DNA of 64,000 bases from Myxococcota bacterium (lineage in GTDB: Bacteria; Myxococcota_A; UBA9160; UBA4427). Below the pieces are notes generated by a model. The model had not been told where the DNA came from. It made no database searches and was given only the letters and a program-made list of their open reading frames with translations. How positions within the stretch are numbered: position 1 is the first letter of the stretch; each line of letters begins with the position of its first letter. This document shows positions 8,983-19,531 of the stretch, piece after piece. The stretch is taken from assembly GCA_965250285.1 (NCBI GenBank), contig OZ252299.1, positions 6,080,001-6,144,000 on the forward strand, given 5' to 3'. A program made the position numbers and the translations under genes.

Positions 8983-9927
8983 TTGCTCGCGCTGCTCTTT
9001 CCGGGTCAGGGCTCCCAAGCCATTGGGATGGGCCGCGACGCCTTCGATGCGTCTCCGGCGGCACGTGCCGTATTCGAGGCCGCGGACGACGCGCTGGGCT
9101 TCTCGCTCTCGAAGCTGTGCTTCGAAGGGCCCGACGACGAGCTCGTCCGTACAGAGAATCAGCAGCCCGCGATCCTGACCACGAGCATCGCCCTGCTTCG
9201 CGCGCTCGAGACCGAGGTCGAGCTGGCGCCGGCGTTCGTCGGTGGCCACAGCCTCGGTGAGTACTCCGCGCTCGTCGCCGCGGGCGCCATCGCGTTCGAA
9301 GACGCCGTCCGCACCGTGGCGAACCGCGGTCGATTCATGCAGGACGCGGTGCCCCAGGGCGAAGGCGCGATGGCCGCCGTCATGGGCGCGAGCCCCGAAG
9401 ACGTCGAAGCCGCGTGCCGAGCCGCCGCGGGTGAGCTCGGCCGCGTCGTGACGCCGGCCAACTTCAACAGCGGCGCGCAGACCGTGATCGCCGGCCACGC
9501 CGATGCCGTCGCGCTCGCGTGCAGCAAGGCGAGCGAGGCGGGTGCGAAGCGCACGGTCGATCTGCCGGTCTCGGCCCCCTTCCACTGTGCGTTGATGGAG
9601 CCCGCCGCCGAGCAGCTCGCGCCGCTGCTGGAGGCGCTCGACGTGTCGAAGCCGGCGGTGCCGGTCGTGACCAACGTCGAGGCACAGCCGAACGAGGATC
9701 CCGCGCGCATCGCGCCGCTGCTGCGCGAGCAGGTCACCGCGCCGGTGCGCTTCACCGAGATGGTGCAGACGCTCAGCGGACTCGGCGTCACGCAGTTCCT
9801 CGAGGTCGGGCCCGGCCGCGTGCTGTCGGGGCTGGTCGCACGGATCGAGCGGCGCTCGAAGCGCGCGAATTTTGGAAGCATGGAAGATCTGGGCGGCGTC
9901 CGAGCGTTCGTGAGCGGCGACGACTGA
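8983..9927 (+). CDS. fabD: Malonyl-CoA:ACP transacylase
   Basis: FPGQGSQ, GHSLGEYSAL, VSAPFH, EVGPG. Confidence 0.96.
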   Translation: MLALLFPGQGSQAIGMGRDAFDASPAARAVFEAADDALGFSLSKLCFEGPDDELVRTENQQPAILTTSIALLRALETEVELAPAFVGGHSLGEYSALVAAGAIAFEDAVRTVANRGRFMQDAVPQGEGAMAAVMGASPEDVEAACRAAAGELGRVVTPANFNSGAQTVIAGHADAVALACSKASEAGAKRTVDLPVSAPFHCALMEPAAEQLAPLLEALDVSKPAVPVVTNVEAQPNEDPARIAPLLREQVTAPVRFTEMVQTLSGLGVTQFLEVGPGRVLSGLVARIERRSKRANFGSMEDLGGVRAFVSGDD

Positions 9928-10122
9928 GGCGAGTCCGCCGCACCGAACGAGGGGCTCAGCGTATGCGGGCCCCGATGGTGAAGCGGGTGCCTCGGCGCGC
10001 ATGGGGATGAAACGCAGCACGGGCGTACCGCCCGGAAATCGGCCAGAATCCGGGGGTCCGACGCGGCGGGGGGCCGCTCGACTCAAGCTCTGGTTGCAGG
10101 TCCAGCTCGGAGGTTCAAAGGC

Positions 10123-10377
10123 ATGGCGTCAGGCGAAGCGGGATCGCTCGAAGAGCGCGTGACCGGTCTGATCGTGGAGCAGCTCGGTGTGTCGGCCGAG
10201 GAAGCGAAGCTGCAGGCCTCGTTCATCGAGGATCTCGGGGCCGACTCCCTCGACATCGTCGAGCTCGTCATGTCCTTCGAAGAGAACTTCGACATCGAGA
10301 TCCCCGACGAGGACGCCGAGAAGATCCAGACGATCGGCGACGTCGTGACCTACCTCCAAGAGCACGTCGAGGCGTAG
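10123..10377 (+). CDS. acpP: Acyl carrier protein
   Basis: [14 protein letters not shown] phosphopantetheine site. Confidence 0.97.
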   Translation: MASGEAGSLEERVTGLIVEQLGVSAEEAKLQASFIEDLGADSLDIVELVMSFEENFDIEIPDEDAEKIQTIGDVVTYLQEHVEA

Positions 10378-10381
10378 CACC

Positions 10382-11638
10382 ATGACCGCCCATGACCCGA
10401 CCCGGCGGGTCGTCGTCACCGGGCTCGGTTGTGCCTCGCCCCTCGGTCTCTCCACCTCCGATACGTGGGACGCAGCCGTCGCCGGTCGATCCGGCGCCGC
10501 GCGCATCCAGGCCTTCGATGCCGACGGCTACGCCTCGACCATTGCGGCCGAGGTGAAGGGCGAGCTCGACCTCGGAGACGTCGAGCCGAAGGAAGCCCGG
10601 CGCATGGACCGGGTCGTGAAGTTCGCATTGCACTCGGCGCGCGAGGCGCTCGCCGATTCGAAGCTCGAGGTGAGCGACGCGAACCGCGACCGCATCGGCG
10701 TCGCCGTCGGCTCTGGGATCGGCGGCCTCGAGACCCTGACTGCGAACCAGACGACGCTGATGGAGAAGGGCCCGCGTCGCGTGTCGCCCTTCACGATCCC
10801 GATGGCCATCTCGAACATGCCGAGCGGGCTGGTGTCGCTCACGCATGGCCTTCGTGGTCCGAACCTCTGCCACGTGAGCGCGTGTGCGACGGGCGCCCAT
10901 TCGCTGGGCGAGAGCATGTACCTGCTGCAGCGCGGTCAGGCCGACGTGATGGTCGCCGGCGGCGTCGAGGCGCCGGTGCAGCCGCTCGGGGTCGCAGGCT
11001 TCGCCGCGATGAAGGCGCTCACGACCCGCAACGACGAGCCCGAGCGCGCGAGCCGACCCTTTGACCGCGATCGCGACGGGTTCCTGATCGGCGAGGGCGG
11101 GACCGTCCTCGTGCTCGAGACGCTGGCCCACGCCCGCGAACGCGGCGCCCGGATCTATGCCGAGCTGGCCGGCTACGCGGCGACCGCCGACGCCTATCAC
11201 ATGGCGGCGCCCGACCCCGACGGCGCCGGCGCTGCGCGGTGCATGCGGCTTGCGATCGAGAGCGCCGGCCTCGCGCCGGAGAACATCGACCACCTGAACG
11301 GCCACGCGACCAGCACGCCGGCGGGCGACCCGTCGGAGGTGAAGGCCGTGCGCAGCGTCTTCGGCGCCCACACCGATCGCGTCGCCGTGTCGGCCACGAA
11401 GTCGATGACGGGGCACCTGCTGGGCGCGGCGGGGGCGCTCGAGGCGCTCTTCTGCATCAAGGCGCTCGAGACCGGCGTCCTGCCGCCCACGATCAATCTC
11501 GACGACGTCGACGACGATTGCGAGCTCGACCACGTCGCGAACAGCGCGCGCACGCAGTCGATCGGCGCGGCGCTGTCGAACTCGTTCGGCTTCGGCGGGA
11601 CGAACGCGGCACTGCTGTTCACCCAGCCCGATCTCTGA
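10382..11638 (+). CDS. fabF: 3-oxoacyl-ACP synthase II
   Basis: [37 protein letters not shown]. Confidence 0.96.
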   Translation: MTAHDPTRRVVVTGLGCASPLGLSTSDTWDAAVAGRSGAARIQAFDADGYASTIAAEVKGELDLGDVEPKEARRMDRVVKFALHSAREALADSKLEVSDANRDRIGVAVGSGIGGLETLTANQTTLMEKGPRRVSPFTIPMAISNMPSGLVSLTHGLRGPNLCHVSACATGAHSLGESMYLLQRGQADVMVAGGVEAPVQPLGVAGFAAMKALTTRNDEPERASRPFDRDRDGFLIGEGGTVLVLETLAHARERGARIYAELAGYAATADAYHMAAPDPDGAGAARCMRLAIESAGLAPENIDHLNGHATSTPAGDPSEVKAVRSVFGAHTDRVAVSATKSMTGHLLGAAGALEALFCIKALETGVLPPTINLDDVDDDCELDHVANSARTQSIGAALSNSFGFGGTNAALLFTQPDL

Positions 11639-11913
11639 CAGCGTCGATTCGGCCGCCGGATCGCCTCGCGGTGGCCGCGCGCGTGTGGGTTGCGCGTGGG
11701 TTGCCGTCGGCTGATCGAGGCGGGTCGCGTCGATTCGCTGCGCTGGCCGCCGCGCGGGGGTCTCGAGCAAGGGTCTCCGCTAGAATCGGGGCTCATCCGA
11801 CGGCTTCGCGCACGGCCGGCGTGCTCCCCCCGAACCCCCGCGACCCTCGCGGGGCGTCGACCGGGTGGGGCTCCATCGGCAGGCCGATCCGGCGGCACGA
11901 AAGGACTCCCCAG

Positions 11914-13182
11914 ATGGCCGACAGCCTCACCCCGAACATGGATCGGATCGATCCCCAGATTGCCGGCCTCGTGCGTCGCGAAGGGCGCCGCCAGGCGCTC
12001 TCGATCGAGCTGATCGCATCGGAGAACTTCGTCTCCGAGGCGGTGCTCGAAGCGGTGGGCTCGGTGCTCACGAACAAGTACGCCGAGGGGTATCCGGGAC
12101 GTCGCTACTACGGCGGATGCGAGGTCGTCGACGAGATCGAGCAGCTCGCCATCGACCGGGCGAAGCAGCTCTTCGGCGCCGACCACGCCAACGTGCAGCC
12201 CCATTCGGGCTCGCAGGCGAACGCCGCCGTGTACCACGCGCTGCTCACGCCGGGCGACACGATCCTCGCGATGAATCTCGATCACGGTGGCCATCTGACG
12301 CACGGCTCGCCCGTGAACTTCTCGGGCAAGACCTACAACGTCGTGCCCTACGGCGTTTCGCGGGAGAACGAGACCATCGACATGGACGAGCTGCGCCGGC
12401 TGGCGCTCGAGCATCGTCCGAAGATGATCCAGTGCGGCGCCACCGCGTACTCGCGGGTGATCGACTTCGACGGGTTCCGCTCGATCGCCGACGAGGTCGG
12501 CGCGATCCTGTTCGCCGACATCGCGCACATCGCGGGGCTGGTCGCCGCCGGCGTCCATCCCACCCCCGTCGGCCGTGCCCACGTCGTCACGACGACGACG
12601 CACAAGACCCTGCGCGGCCCGCGCGGCGGCCTGATCCTCTGCGACGCCGACTACGCGAAGAAGGTCAACAGCGCGATCTTCCCCGGCCTGCAGGGCGGGC
12701 CGCTGATGCACGTGATCGCGGGCAAGGCGGTCGCGTTCAAGGAGGCGCTCTCGCCCGAGTTCAAGGGGTATGCCGAGGGCATCGTGGCCAACGCGCACGC
12801 CCTCGCCGAGGCGCTGCAGGGCCGCGATCACAAGATCGTGTCGGGCGGGACCGACAACCATCTGTTCATGCTCTCGCTCATTGGCAAGGACGTCACCGGC
12901 AAGGCGGCGCAGCTCTCGCTCGACGAGGCGGGCATCACCGCGAACAAGAACATGGTGCCCTTCGATCCCGAGAAGCCGATGGTCACGTCAGGGGTGCGCA
13001 TCGGAACGCCCGCCGTCACCACGCGCGGCATGGGGGCCGCCGAGATGGATCGCATCGCCGACTTCATCCACCGCGTGCTCGAGAACCCGGGAGACGTGGC
13101 CGAGCTCGCGCGCATTCGCGGAGAGGTCGAAGAGCTCTGCCGAGCCTTCCCGCTCTACGCGAAGCGCTGGGCCGACGAGTAG
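11914..13182 (+). CDS. glyA: Serine hydroxymethyltransferase
   Basis: [40 protein letters not shown] 11914 after AAGGA RBS. Confidence 0.97.
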   Translation: MADSLTPNMDRIDPQIAGLVRREGRRQALSIELIASENFVSEAVLEAVGSVLTNKYAEGYPGRRYYGGCEVVDEIEQLAIDRAKQLFGADHANVQPHSGSQANAAVYHALLTPGDTILAMNLDHGGHLTHGSPVNFSGKTYNVVPYGVSRENETIDMDELRRLALEHRPKMIQCGATAYSRVIDFDGFRSIADEVGAILFADIAHIAGLVAAGVHPTPVGRAHVVTTTTHKTLRGPRGGLILCDADYAKKVNSAIFPGLQGGPLMHVIAGKAVAFKEALSPEFKGYAEGIVANAHALAEALQGRDHKIVSGGTDNHLFMLSLIGKDVTGKAAQLSLDEAGITANKNMVPFDPEKPMVTSGVRIGTPAVTTRGMGAAEMDRIADFIHRVLENPGDVAELARIRGEVEELCRAFPLYAKRWADE

Positions 13183-13191
13183 GGCTCCGGG

Positions 13192-13710
13192 TTGCGCTGT
13201 CCGTACTGCGGCGACGAGCGCCATCGCGTCATCGACAGCCGGGTCGGGAAGGGGTTGTCCGAGATCCGCCGCCGCCGCGAGTGCGAGGAGTGCGGCCGGC
13301 GCTTCACCACCCGCGAGCGCGTCGAAGAGACGTTGCCCAAGGTGATCAAGCGCGACGAGCGCCGCGAGGAGTACGACCGCGCCAAGATCGCGCAGAGCCT
13401 CGAAGCGGCGTGCGTCAAGCGACCCGTCTCGACCGACGCCATCGAGCGCCTGATCGAGCGCGTCGAGCGTCGGCTCCAGGAGAGCGGTGCAGCCGAGGTT
13501 TCGAGCAGCGACATCGGCGAGCGGCTGCTCGAAGGGCTCGAGTCGATCGACGCGCTGGCCGCCGTTCGGTTCGCCTCGGTCTTTCGAAACTTCGAGAGCA
13601 CCGCAGACTACGCCGAGTTCTTCCGCCGCATCGGCGCGGGCGAGGCTCGCGAAGGCGAGGCCGGAGAGCGCCCGCCTCTGCGCGTGGTCGATGACGAGGG
13701 CAGCGGCTGA
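13192..13710 (+). CDS. nrdR: Transcriptional repressor NrdR
   Basis: RCPYCG..VIDSR..IRRRRECEECGRRFTTRE, ATP cone, VRFASVFR. Confidence 0.95.
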   Translation: MRCPYCGDERHRVIDSRVGKGLSEIRRRRECEECGRRFTTRERVEETLPKVIKRDERREEYDRAKIAQSLEAACVKRPVSTDAIERLIERVERRLQESGAAEVSSSDIGERLLEGLESIDALAAVRFASVFRNFESTADYAEFFRRIGAGEAREGEAGERPPLRVVDDEGSG

Positions 13711-13859
13711 TGCGGCGCGTGTCGGCGTCGACCCGGGCGCGCCCGTGAGGCGCACCGTCGAGCGCGACGCAGAGGCTCGATCTCGAGCAGCGTCGCTCGA
13801 GGGCGTCGATGGAGCACGGTCTTGATCGGCGCATCGCTTGCCCGCCGCGAGTCGGCACG

Positions 13860-15008
13860 ATGAGAGACCGCGCTCGACTCGAAGCCATGATGCGGCTGGC
13901 CCTCGCGAGCGCGCGCCGCGGCCTCGGGCGCACTCACCCCAACCCGAGCGTCGGCGCGGTCGTGTTTCGCGGCGATCGGGTGCTCGGCCGCGGCTACACG
14001 CGGCCCCCGGGCGGCCCCCACGCCGAGGTCGTCGCGCTGCGCGCAGCGACGCGTCGGCACGGAGCGGCTGCGGTCCGGGGCGCGTCGATCGCCGTCACCC
14101 TCGAACCGTGCTGCTTCACCGGTCGGACGCCGCCGTGCACCGATGCGATCCTCGACGCGGGCATCGCCCGCGTCGCCATCGGCCTGCGCGATCCCCATCC
14201 GCGGGTGCGCGGGCGCGGCAGCCGCGCGCTCGAGGCGGCTGGCGTGCGCGTCGAGCGAGGCGTGCTCGAGGACGAGTGCCGCGAGCTGCACCGCGGCTTC
14301 GTCTCGCTCTGCGAACGGGGGCGCCCCTTCGTGACGCTCAAGCTCGCGACCAGCCTCGACGGTCGCATCGCGACTGCATCGGGTGAGTCGCGCTGGATCA
14401 CTGGACCCGAGGCGCGACGCTTCGTACACGGCCTGCGCGCCCGGGTCGATGCGGTGATGGTCGGATCGGGAACGGCGCTCGCCGACGATCCCGACCTCTC
14501 GGTGCGGCGCGGAGAGCGTGTGCTGCACCGACCCGATCGCGTGCTCGTCGACTCACGCCTGCGGGTACCCGCGTCGGCGCGTCTGCACACCCCGCACCCG
14601 GGCACCCGGACGCTCGTGTTGACCGCCGCGCGCGCGCGCGGGCGCCGCGCGCTCACGGCCTCGGGCTCGGAGCTGCTCGACGTGCCCGGGCGGGCCGGTG
14701 CCCTCGATCTTGCGCGCGGCCTGGCGCGGCTCGGAGACAACGGCCTCACGACGCTGCTCGTCGAGGGCGGCGGCGGCCTCGCGGCGGCGCTGCTGCGCGC
14801 TCGCCTCGTCGATGAGCTGCACTGGATCCTCGCGCCCAAGCTGCTCGGCGGCGATGGCCGGGCCGCGCTGGGGGCGCTCGAGCTGCGCAGGCTCGCCGAC
14901 GCGCCCGAGCTCGAGGTGATTCGGACAAGGCGCCTCGGACGTGATACACACGTGCACGCGCGCCCCCGAACGGCGGCCCCTCCGCGGGGTCGGCGCCCCT
15001 CGAAGTAG
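13860..15008 (+). CDS. ribD: Bifunctional riboflavin deaminase/reductase
   Basis: PNPSVGAV, HAE, TLEPCC..TPPC, KLATSLDG, VEGGG; start approximate. Confidence 0.93.
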   Translation: MRDRARLEAMMRLALASARRGLGRTHPNPSVGAVVFRGDRVLGRGYTRPPGGPHAEVVALRAATRRHGAAAVRGASIAVTLEPCCFTGRTPPCTDAILDAGIARVAIGLRDPHPRVRGRGSRALEAAGVRVERGVLEDECRELHRGFVSLCERGRPFVTLKLATSLDGRIATASGESRWITGPEARRFVHGLRARVDAVMVGSGTALADDPDLSVRRGERVLHRPDRVLVDSRLRVPASARLHTPHPGTRTLVLTAARARGRRALTASGSELLDVPGRAGALDLARGLARLGDNGLTTLLVEGGGGLAAALLRARLVDELHWILAPKLLGGDGRAALGALELRRLADAPELEVIRTRRLGRDTHVHARPRTAAPPRGRRPSK

Positions 15009-15143
15009 GGCGATCGCCGGTTTCTCGAGGCGCCACTGGGGCCGCCCGAAGCTCGATCTCCCGAGGTCCACCGTGATCGTTCGTCCCACCCGACCCGGCG
15101 CCGCGTGCGCATCGTCATCCCTCGCTCATTGCGGGAGCCGCTC

Positions 15144-15653
15144 GTGAACGTCTACCCCTCCGACCTCGACGCCACCGGCCTGCGCTTCGGGGTGGTCGTC
15201 TCGCGCTTCAATCATCCGATCAGCGCGGCGCTGCTGGAGGGCTGCGTCTCGACGCTGGTGAAGCGCGGCGCCGACGCCGAAACGATCGACGTCGCCTGGG
15301 TGCCCGGTGCGTTCGAGATTCCGCAGGCCAGCCGAGTGATGGCCGAGACCGGCCGCTACGACGCGCTCGTCACGCTCGGCTCGGTGATTCGCGGCGGTAC
15401 GCCGCACTTCGACTACGTGTGCATCGGCGTGACCGACGGCGTGCGCGAAGTGATGCGCGACACGGGCGTCCCGGTCGCCTTCGGCGTGCTGACCCTCGAT
15501 GACGTCGACCAGGCCATCGAGCGCACGGGCGGGGCCCACGGGCACAAGGGCGAGGACGTGGCGCTCGCCGCGATCGAGATGGCGCGGCTGTTGCCGGCGC
15601 TGTCGAAGAGCCCGAGCGATGTCGCCGCGAGCCTCGGGCGTGAGGCGCGCTGA
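15144..15653 (+). CDS. ribH: 6,7-dimethyl-8-ribityllumazine synthase
   Basis: VVSRFN, VPGAFEIP, IRGGTPHFDYV, PVAFGVLT; GTG 15144 after GGAG. Confidence 0.95.
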   Translation: MNVYPSDLDATGLRFGVVVSRFNHPISAALLEGCVSTLVKRGADAETIDVAWVPGAFEIPQASRVMAETGRYDALVTLGSVIRGGTPHFDYVCIGVTDGVREVMRDTGVPVAFGVLTLDDVDQAIERTGGAHGHKGEDVALAAIEMARLLPALSKSPSDVAASLGREAR

Positions 15654-15656
15654 GCC

Positions 15657-16250
15657 ATGCCGCGCACCGAACCCAGCCCGACGCGCGACCCCGGCACTTC
15701 GAGGCGCCGGGCCCGCGAGCTCGCCTTGCAGGTGCTCTACGCCGTCGACCATTCGGAGGGCGCCCGCGCTCGCAAATCGACCGAGCCCGTCGAGGCCGAA
15801 TCGGTTCGCGAGGCGCAGGACGCCGAGGCCGGCCCCCGGCGCTTTGGCCTGCCCGAGCGTGAGCCCCGGCCATCGCGGCCGATGTGGACGCCGAGCGAGC
15901 CCGCGAACCCCGAGCAGACCTTCGAGGCCATCGCCGAGCACTTCGAGATGGCCGAAGGCGCGCGGGCCTTCGCCCGCGAGCTCGCGCTCGAGACCCATGC
16001 CCGCGAGACCCAGGTCGACGAGCTGATCGGGCTGCATGCGCGCAACTGGCGCGTCGACCGCATGGCCGTGGTCGACCGGAACATCCTGCGTCTGGCCGCC
16101 TACGAGCTGCGCTTCACCGACACACCCGCGCCCGTGGTGCTCGACGAGGCGGTCAGCCTCGCCCGTCGCTTCGGCGACGATCCATCGCCCGCGTTCGTGA
16201 ACGGGATCCTCGACGCCATCGCCCACAGCGTTCGTCCGCCCGCCGGCTGA
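15657..16250 (+). CDS. nusB: Transcription antitermination factor NusB with internal insertion
   Basis: RRRARELALQVLY, DRNILRLAAYEL, VVLDEAVSLARRFG, FVNGILD. Confidence 0.93.
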   Translation: MPRTEPSPTRDPGTSRRRARELALQVLYAVDHSEGARARKSTEPVEAESVREAQDAEAGPRRFGLPEREPRPSRPMWTPSEPANPEQTFEAIAEHFEMAEGARAFARELALETHARETQVDELIGLHARNWRVDRMAVVDRNILRLAAYELRFTDTPAPVVLDEAVSLARRFGDDPSPAFVNGILDAIAHSVRPPAG

Positions 16251-16316
16251 TCCCCCAAGCCCGCAACCTGGACATCGTGCCGATTCGGTGACGGAAGTCC
16301 TCGACGGGCCGGTGGG

Positions 16317-16964
16317 GTGCGTGTCAACATCGCCGACGTGCGTCTGCCGCTCGTCATCGACATCGAAGCCCGCCCATTCGAACGCCTCGTCGCCGACGTC
16401 GCGGTCGCAGGCGTGTGCTCTGACGACCGACCGCTTCGCGGCGGTGCGGCGCGTGCCGATTGGCGACTCTGCGGCGTGATTTCGCGTCTGCTGATCGACG
16501 AACGCGTCACGGGCGCGCCCGGCGAAGCGATGCTGATGCCCTGCGACGGGCGTCTGCGGGCGCCCCGGCTGTTGATCGTCGGTCTCGGCCCGCGTGCGTC
16601 GCGCAAGGCGGACGAGGTCAAGGGGGTAGCGCGCGATGCCCTCGACCGCGTGATCGGTCTCGGTCTCGAGACCGTCGCCGTGGGCCCGCTCGGCTTCGCC
16701 GGCGACGACTGGCCGCGTCACGCTCACGCGATCGTCGAAGCGGCGATCGAGGCGGTCGACGCATCGGGCGGCTCGCTCGATCTGCGGCTCGCCGTGTCGA
16801 GCGCCTCTGAGGCGCGGGTGCGCGCCAGCGTGACCGCGGTCGTCGACGCCCTCGGTCGCGGCGACGTCCGCGTCGCGCGCCGAGACGAGCGCGGGGTGGA
16901 CGATGCGCCGCCGCGTGCGCGCCGCGCCCCGCAGGGGCAGCCGGGACTGCACCGCGCGCCCTAG
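16317..16964 (+). CDS. Stand-alone peptidase M17 N-terminal-like domain protein (no catalytic domain)
   Basis: DDRPLRGGAARADWRLCGVISRLL..G.PGEAMLM..RLLIVGLG resembles the M17_N domain. Confidence 0.6.
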   Translation: MRVNIADVRLPLVIDIEARPFERLVADVAVAGVCSDDRPLRGGAARADWRLCGVISRLLIDERVTGAPGEAMLMPCDGRLRAPRLLIVGLGPRASRKADEVKGVARDALDRVIGLGLETVAVGPLGFAGDDWPRHAHAIVEAAIEAVDASGGSLDLRLAVSSASEARVRASVTAVVDALGRGDVRVARRDERGVDDAPPRARRAPQGQPGLHRAP

Positions 16965-17143
16965 GCCCGCAATTCGCGGCCTCGGCGGCCACGAAACCCC
17001 CAGATCGCGCCTCCGATCTCCCGCCCAAAGCGCCTTTCGGCGCTCGGTCTTCAAGTCGACCTGCCTACGGCCGATGCGTTGATTCAGGCACCGGCCGACG
17101 TCGGCGGGGTTTTCCTCGTCGTGCGCGCGCCACAGGGGGGGCC

Positions 17144-19324
17144 ATGAGCCTGGTCGGAAATCTCGAGGATCTGAGCCTCGGCGACATCCTCCAGATCATC
17201 AGCCTGTCGCAGAAGTCAGGCGTGCTCTTCCTCCAGACCGGAGGGGGAGCGGGACGCATCGTCTTCGTCAGCGGGCTCGTGCGCGGTGCCGCCGTCGAGG
17301 GCGGCGCCCATGATCTGAAGGGCGTGTTGCTGCAGGGCGGGTTCCTCGATGAGTCGGGCTGGGACGCGGCGACCGCGCATGCGGGCGCCGAGAACACGAG
17401 CCTCGCCGAGGCCATCGAAGCCACCAGCGACCTCACCACCGAACGGCTCGACTCGCTGTGTCGCGAAGCGGTCGAAGCGGCGGTGGTCACCATGTTCACC
17501 TGGCAGAAGGGTGACTTCAGCTTCGACGTGCGTTCCGAGCCCGCCGACGGCGATCCCGAGCTGCTGTTGCCGATGGGCATGAACGCCCAGTACCTGGCGA
17601 TGGAAGCCGCGCGCATGCGCGACGAGAGCCCTGATGAATCGACCGAGTCGGGGCCCATCGCAGCGCCCGCCGGCGACCTGCCCGAAGAGACGACCGGCTC
17701 GCCCGCCACCGATTCGAGTGCGTTCGATGCGATGAGCGCCGAGGAGATGTTCGGCGTCGTCGGGGACGCGGGGGACGGCGCCGGCGACGAAGGCGCGTTG
17801 CCGCCCGTCACCGGGGACGATCTGATCACGGCCGCCGACGCCCTCGCACGGGCAACCCTCGAACGGGTCGAGGCGGCCTTCGGAGACGAAGCACCCGATC
17901 TCGTCGGTGAACTCGCCGAGCCGGGTCCCGACGACACTCAGGATTTCGACGGGCCGATCGTGTCCGAATCGACCGAGCCGATGAACGAGCTCGCCGAGGC
18001 CGAGCTCATCGACTTCGCCGACGTGATCGAGCCCGAGCCGCTCGCCGAAGACAGCGTGCCGGTCGACCCCTTGGCAGCACAAGAAGGCGACGCGCCGGTC
18101 GACCCCTTCGCAGCGCACGAAGGCGACACGCCGGTCGACCCGTTCGCTGCGCACGAAGGCGACACGCCGGTCGACCCGTTCGCAGCGCACGAAGGCGACG
18201 CGCCGGTCGACCCCTTCGCAGCGCATGAAGACGACAAGCTCGTCGCCGCCGAGGTCGAGCCAACGCTCGATCCCGAACCGGTGGGCGCCAACGCAGCGGC
18301 CGAGCCGGCGCCCCCGAGCCAGCCCGTCGCGCCCGACTGGACCCAGCTTTCGCGCCGACCCGTGGTCGTGGTCGACGAATCGCTGCCGGCGCTCGAGTGG
18401 GTGAAGCAGCACCTGAAGGACCGCTTCGAGCAGGTGCACATCTTCCAGCGCAGCGACCAGGGTCTGTCTCGCATCCGGCAGTACCTGATTCGGGGCTCGG
18501 CCCCGATCCTGCTCGTCGCGCCCGACATTCGCGTCGATCACCTCTCGGGTCTGCGCGGTGCGCGCGACTTCGTCGATCGACTCAAGGCGCAGTCCCGCAA
18601 GCTCGACGCGGTCTGGCTCGTGAACGAAGACGCGAGCGCGGTCGATGCGGCCCAGCGACAGGGAGCGTCGCTCCGCCGCCCGAGCGACGACCGGATGCGC
18701 TGCGCGGTGGGCTCCGACGAACTCGATGCCGAGGGGCATGCGCTGGGCATGCGCCTCGGCGAGATCCTGACCGCCACGGCCAGCGAAGACGACGCGGGCG
18801 CGGTGCCGCGGGGCTCGAGCGCGACCCTCGCGCGCCTGCGCGACACGACGCGCCAGCTCGGGGACGCCTCGAGCGGGGGCGAGATCCTGCCGCTCGTGAT
18901 TCGCTTCGCCAGCGAAATCTTCTCGCGCGTCGCCATGTTCATGGTGCGCGACGACGTCGCGACGGGCCTGGGGCAGGTCGGGCTCGATCGCTGCGGTGGG
19001 CCCGACGACGATGCGTTCCGCCGGGTGCGCGTGCAGGTCTCGGTGACGGGCTGGATGCGCCAGGTCGTCGAGACGCGCAGCGCGGTGAGCGGGGCGCCGA
19101 GCGACGAGGGCGACCGCGATCTCGCGGGCGAGCTCGGCGATCGGGTGCCCGAGACCGGGTACTGCGCGCCGATCGAGAGCGCCGGCCAGGTCGTGGCGCT
19201 GCTCTACGCGGACAACCTCCCCAAGGCCAGCCCCATCGGGGACACGAGCGCGCTCGAAGTGGTGCTCCACCACGCCGGCCTCGCGCTGGACCGGGCTGCG
19301 CTGGAGCGCGCGCTCCAGGAGTAG
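17144..19324 (+). CDS. DUF4388 (PatA_N-like) domain + acidic linker + degenerate receiver + GAF-like protein
   Basis: MSLVGNLEDLSLGDILQIISLSQKSGVL..FTWQKGDFSF; PVVVVDESLPALEWVK; YCAPIESAGQVVALLYADN. Confidence 0.75.
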   Translation: MSLVGNLEDLSLGDILQIISLSQKSGVLFLQTGGGAGRIVFVSGLVRGAAVEGGAHDLKGVLLQGGFLDESGWDAATAHAGAENTSLAEAIEATSDLTTERLDSLCREAVEAAVVTMFTWQKGDFSFDVRSEPADGDPELLLPMGMNAQYLAMEAARMRDESPDESTESGPIAAPAGDLPEETTGSPATDSSAFDAMSAEEMFGVVGDAGDGAGDEGALPPVTGDDLITAADALARATLERVEAAFGDEAPDLVGELAEPGPDDTQDFDGPIVSESTEPMNELAEAELIDFADVIEPEPLAEDSVPVDPLAAQEGDAPVDPFAAHEGDTPVDPFAAHEGDTPVDPFAAHEGDAPVDPFAAHEDDKLVAAEVEPTLDPEPVGANAAAEPAPPSQPVAPDWTQLSRRPVVVVDESLPALEWVKQHLKDRFEQVHIFQRSDQGLSRIRQYLIRGSAPILLVAPDIRVDHLSGLRGARDFVDRLKAQSRKLDAVWLVNEDASAVDAAQRQGASLRRPSDDRMRCAVGSDELDAEGHALGMRLGEILTATASEDDAGAVPRGSSATLARLRDTTRQLGDASSGGEILPLVIRFASEIFSRVAMFMVRDDVATGLGQVGLDRCGGPDDDAFRRVRVQVSVTGWMRQVVETRSAVSGAPSDEGDRDLAGELGDRVPETGYCAPIESAGQVVALLYADNLPKASPIGDTSALEVVLHHAGLALDRAALERALQE
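18059..18238 (+). repeat. In-frame 36-bp x5 tandem repeat (PVDPFAAHEGDT/A)
   Basis: Units start at 18059, 18095, 18131, 18167, 18203; consensus ccggtcgaccccttcgcagcgcacgaaggcgacacg. Confidence 0.95.
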
Positions 19325-19531
19325 CCGCACGCGCGGCCGCCCCCGACGCCTCACTCCGACACGCCCCGAGAGAGGGGCTTTCACCTCGATCTCGCGCCTC
19401 GGCAACGCGGCTCCAGAGACCCGCGGATCGCTCGCGGGGGGCCGGCCGAAGTCCCCCCTGCGCCTCAAGAAACCCCGATCCGGGCCGATACGACGGAAGG
19501 TCCCGTACGCCAACCTGACGGGGAGAGGGCC

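Noticed and set aside
9928..10122. fabG remnant between fabD and acpP
   Set aside because: No SDR motifs (TGxxxGIG, YxxxK) visible in any frame.
11639..11913. ZTP or glycine riboswitch upstream of glyA
   Set aside because: No recognisable conserved core by eye; only generic GC hairpins. An Rfam scan would settle it.
13711..13859. FMN riboswitch upstream of ribD
   Set aside because: No RFN consensus (AGGGCGGGGTGAAATTCCCGACCGGCGGT-like) found.
18059..18238. 36-bp repeats as a CRISPR array
   Set aside because: Head-to-tail with no spacers, and in frame within a protein linker.
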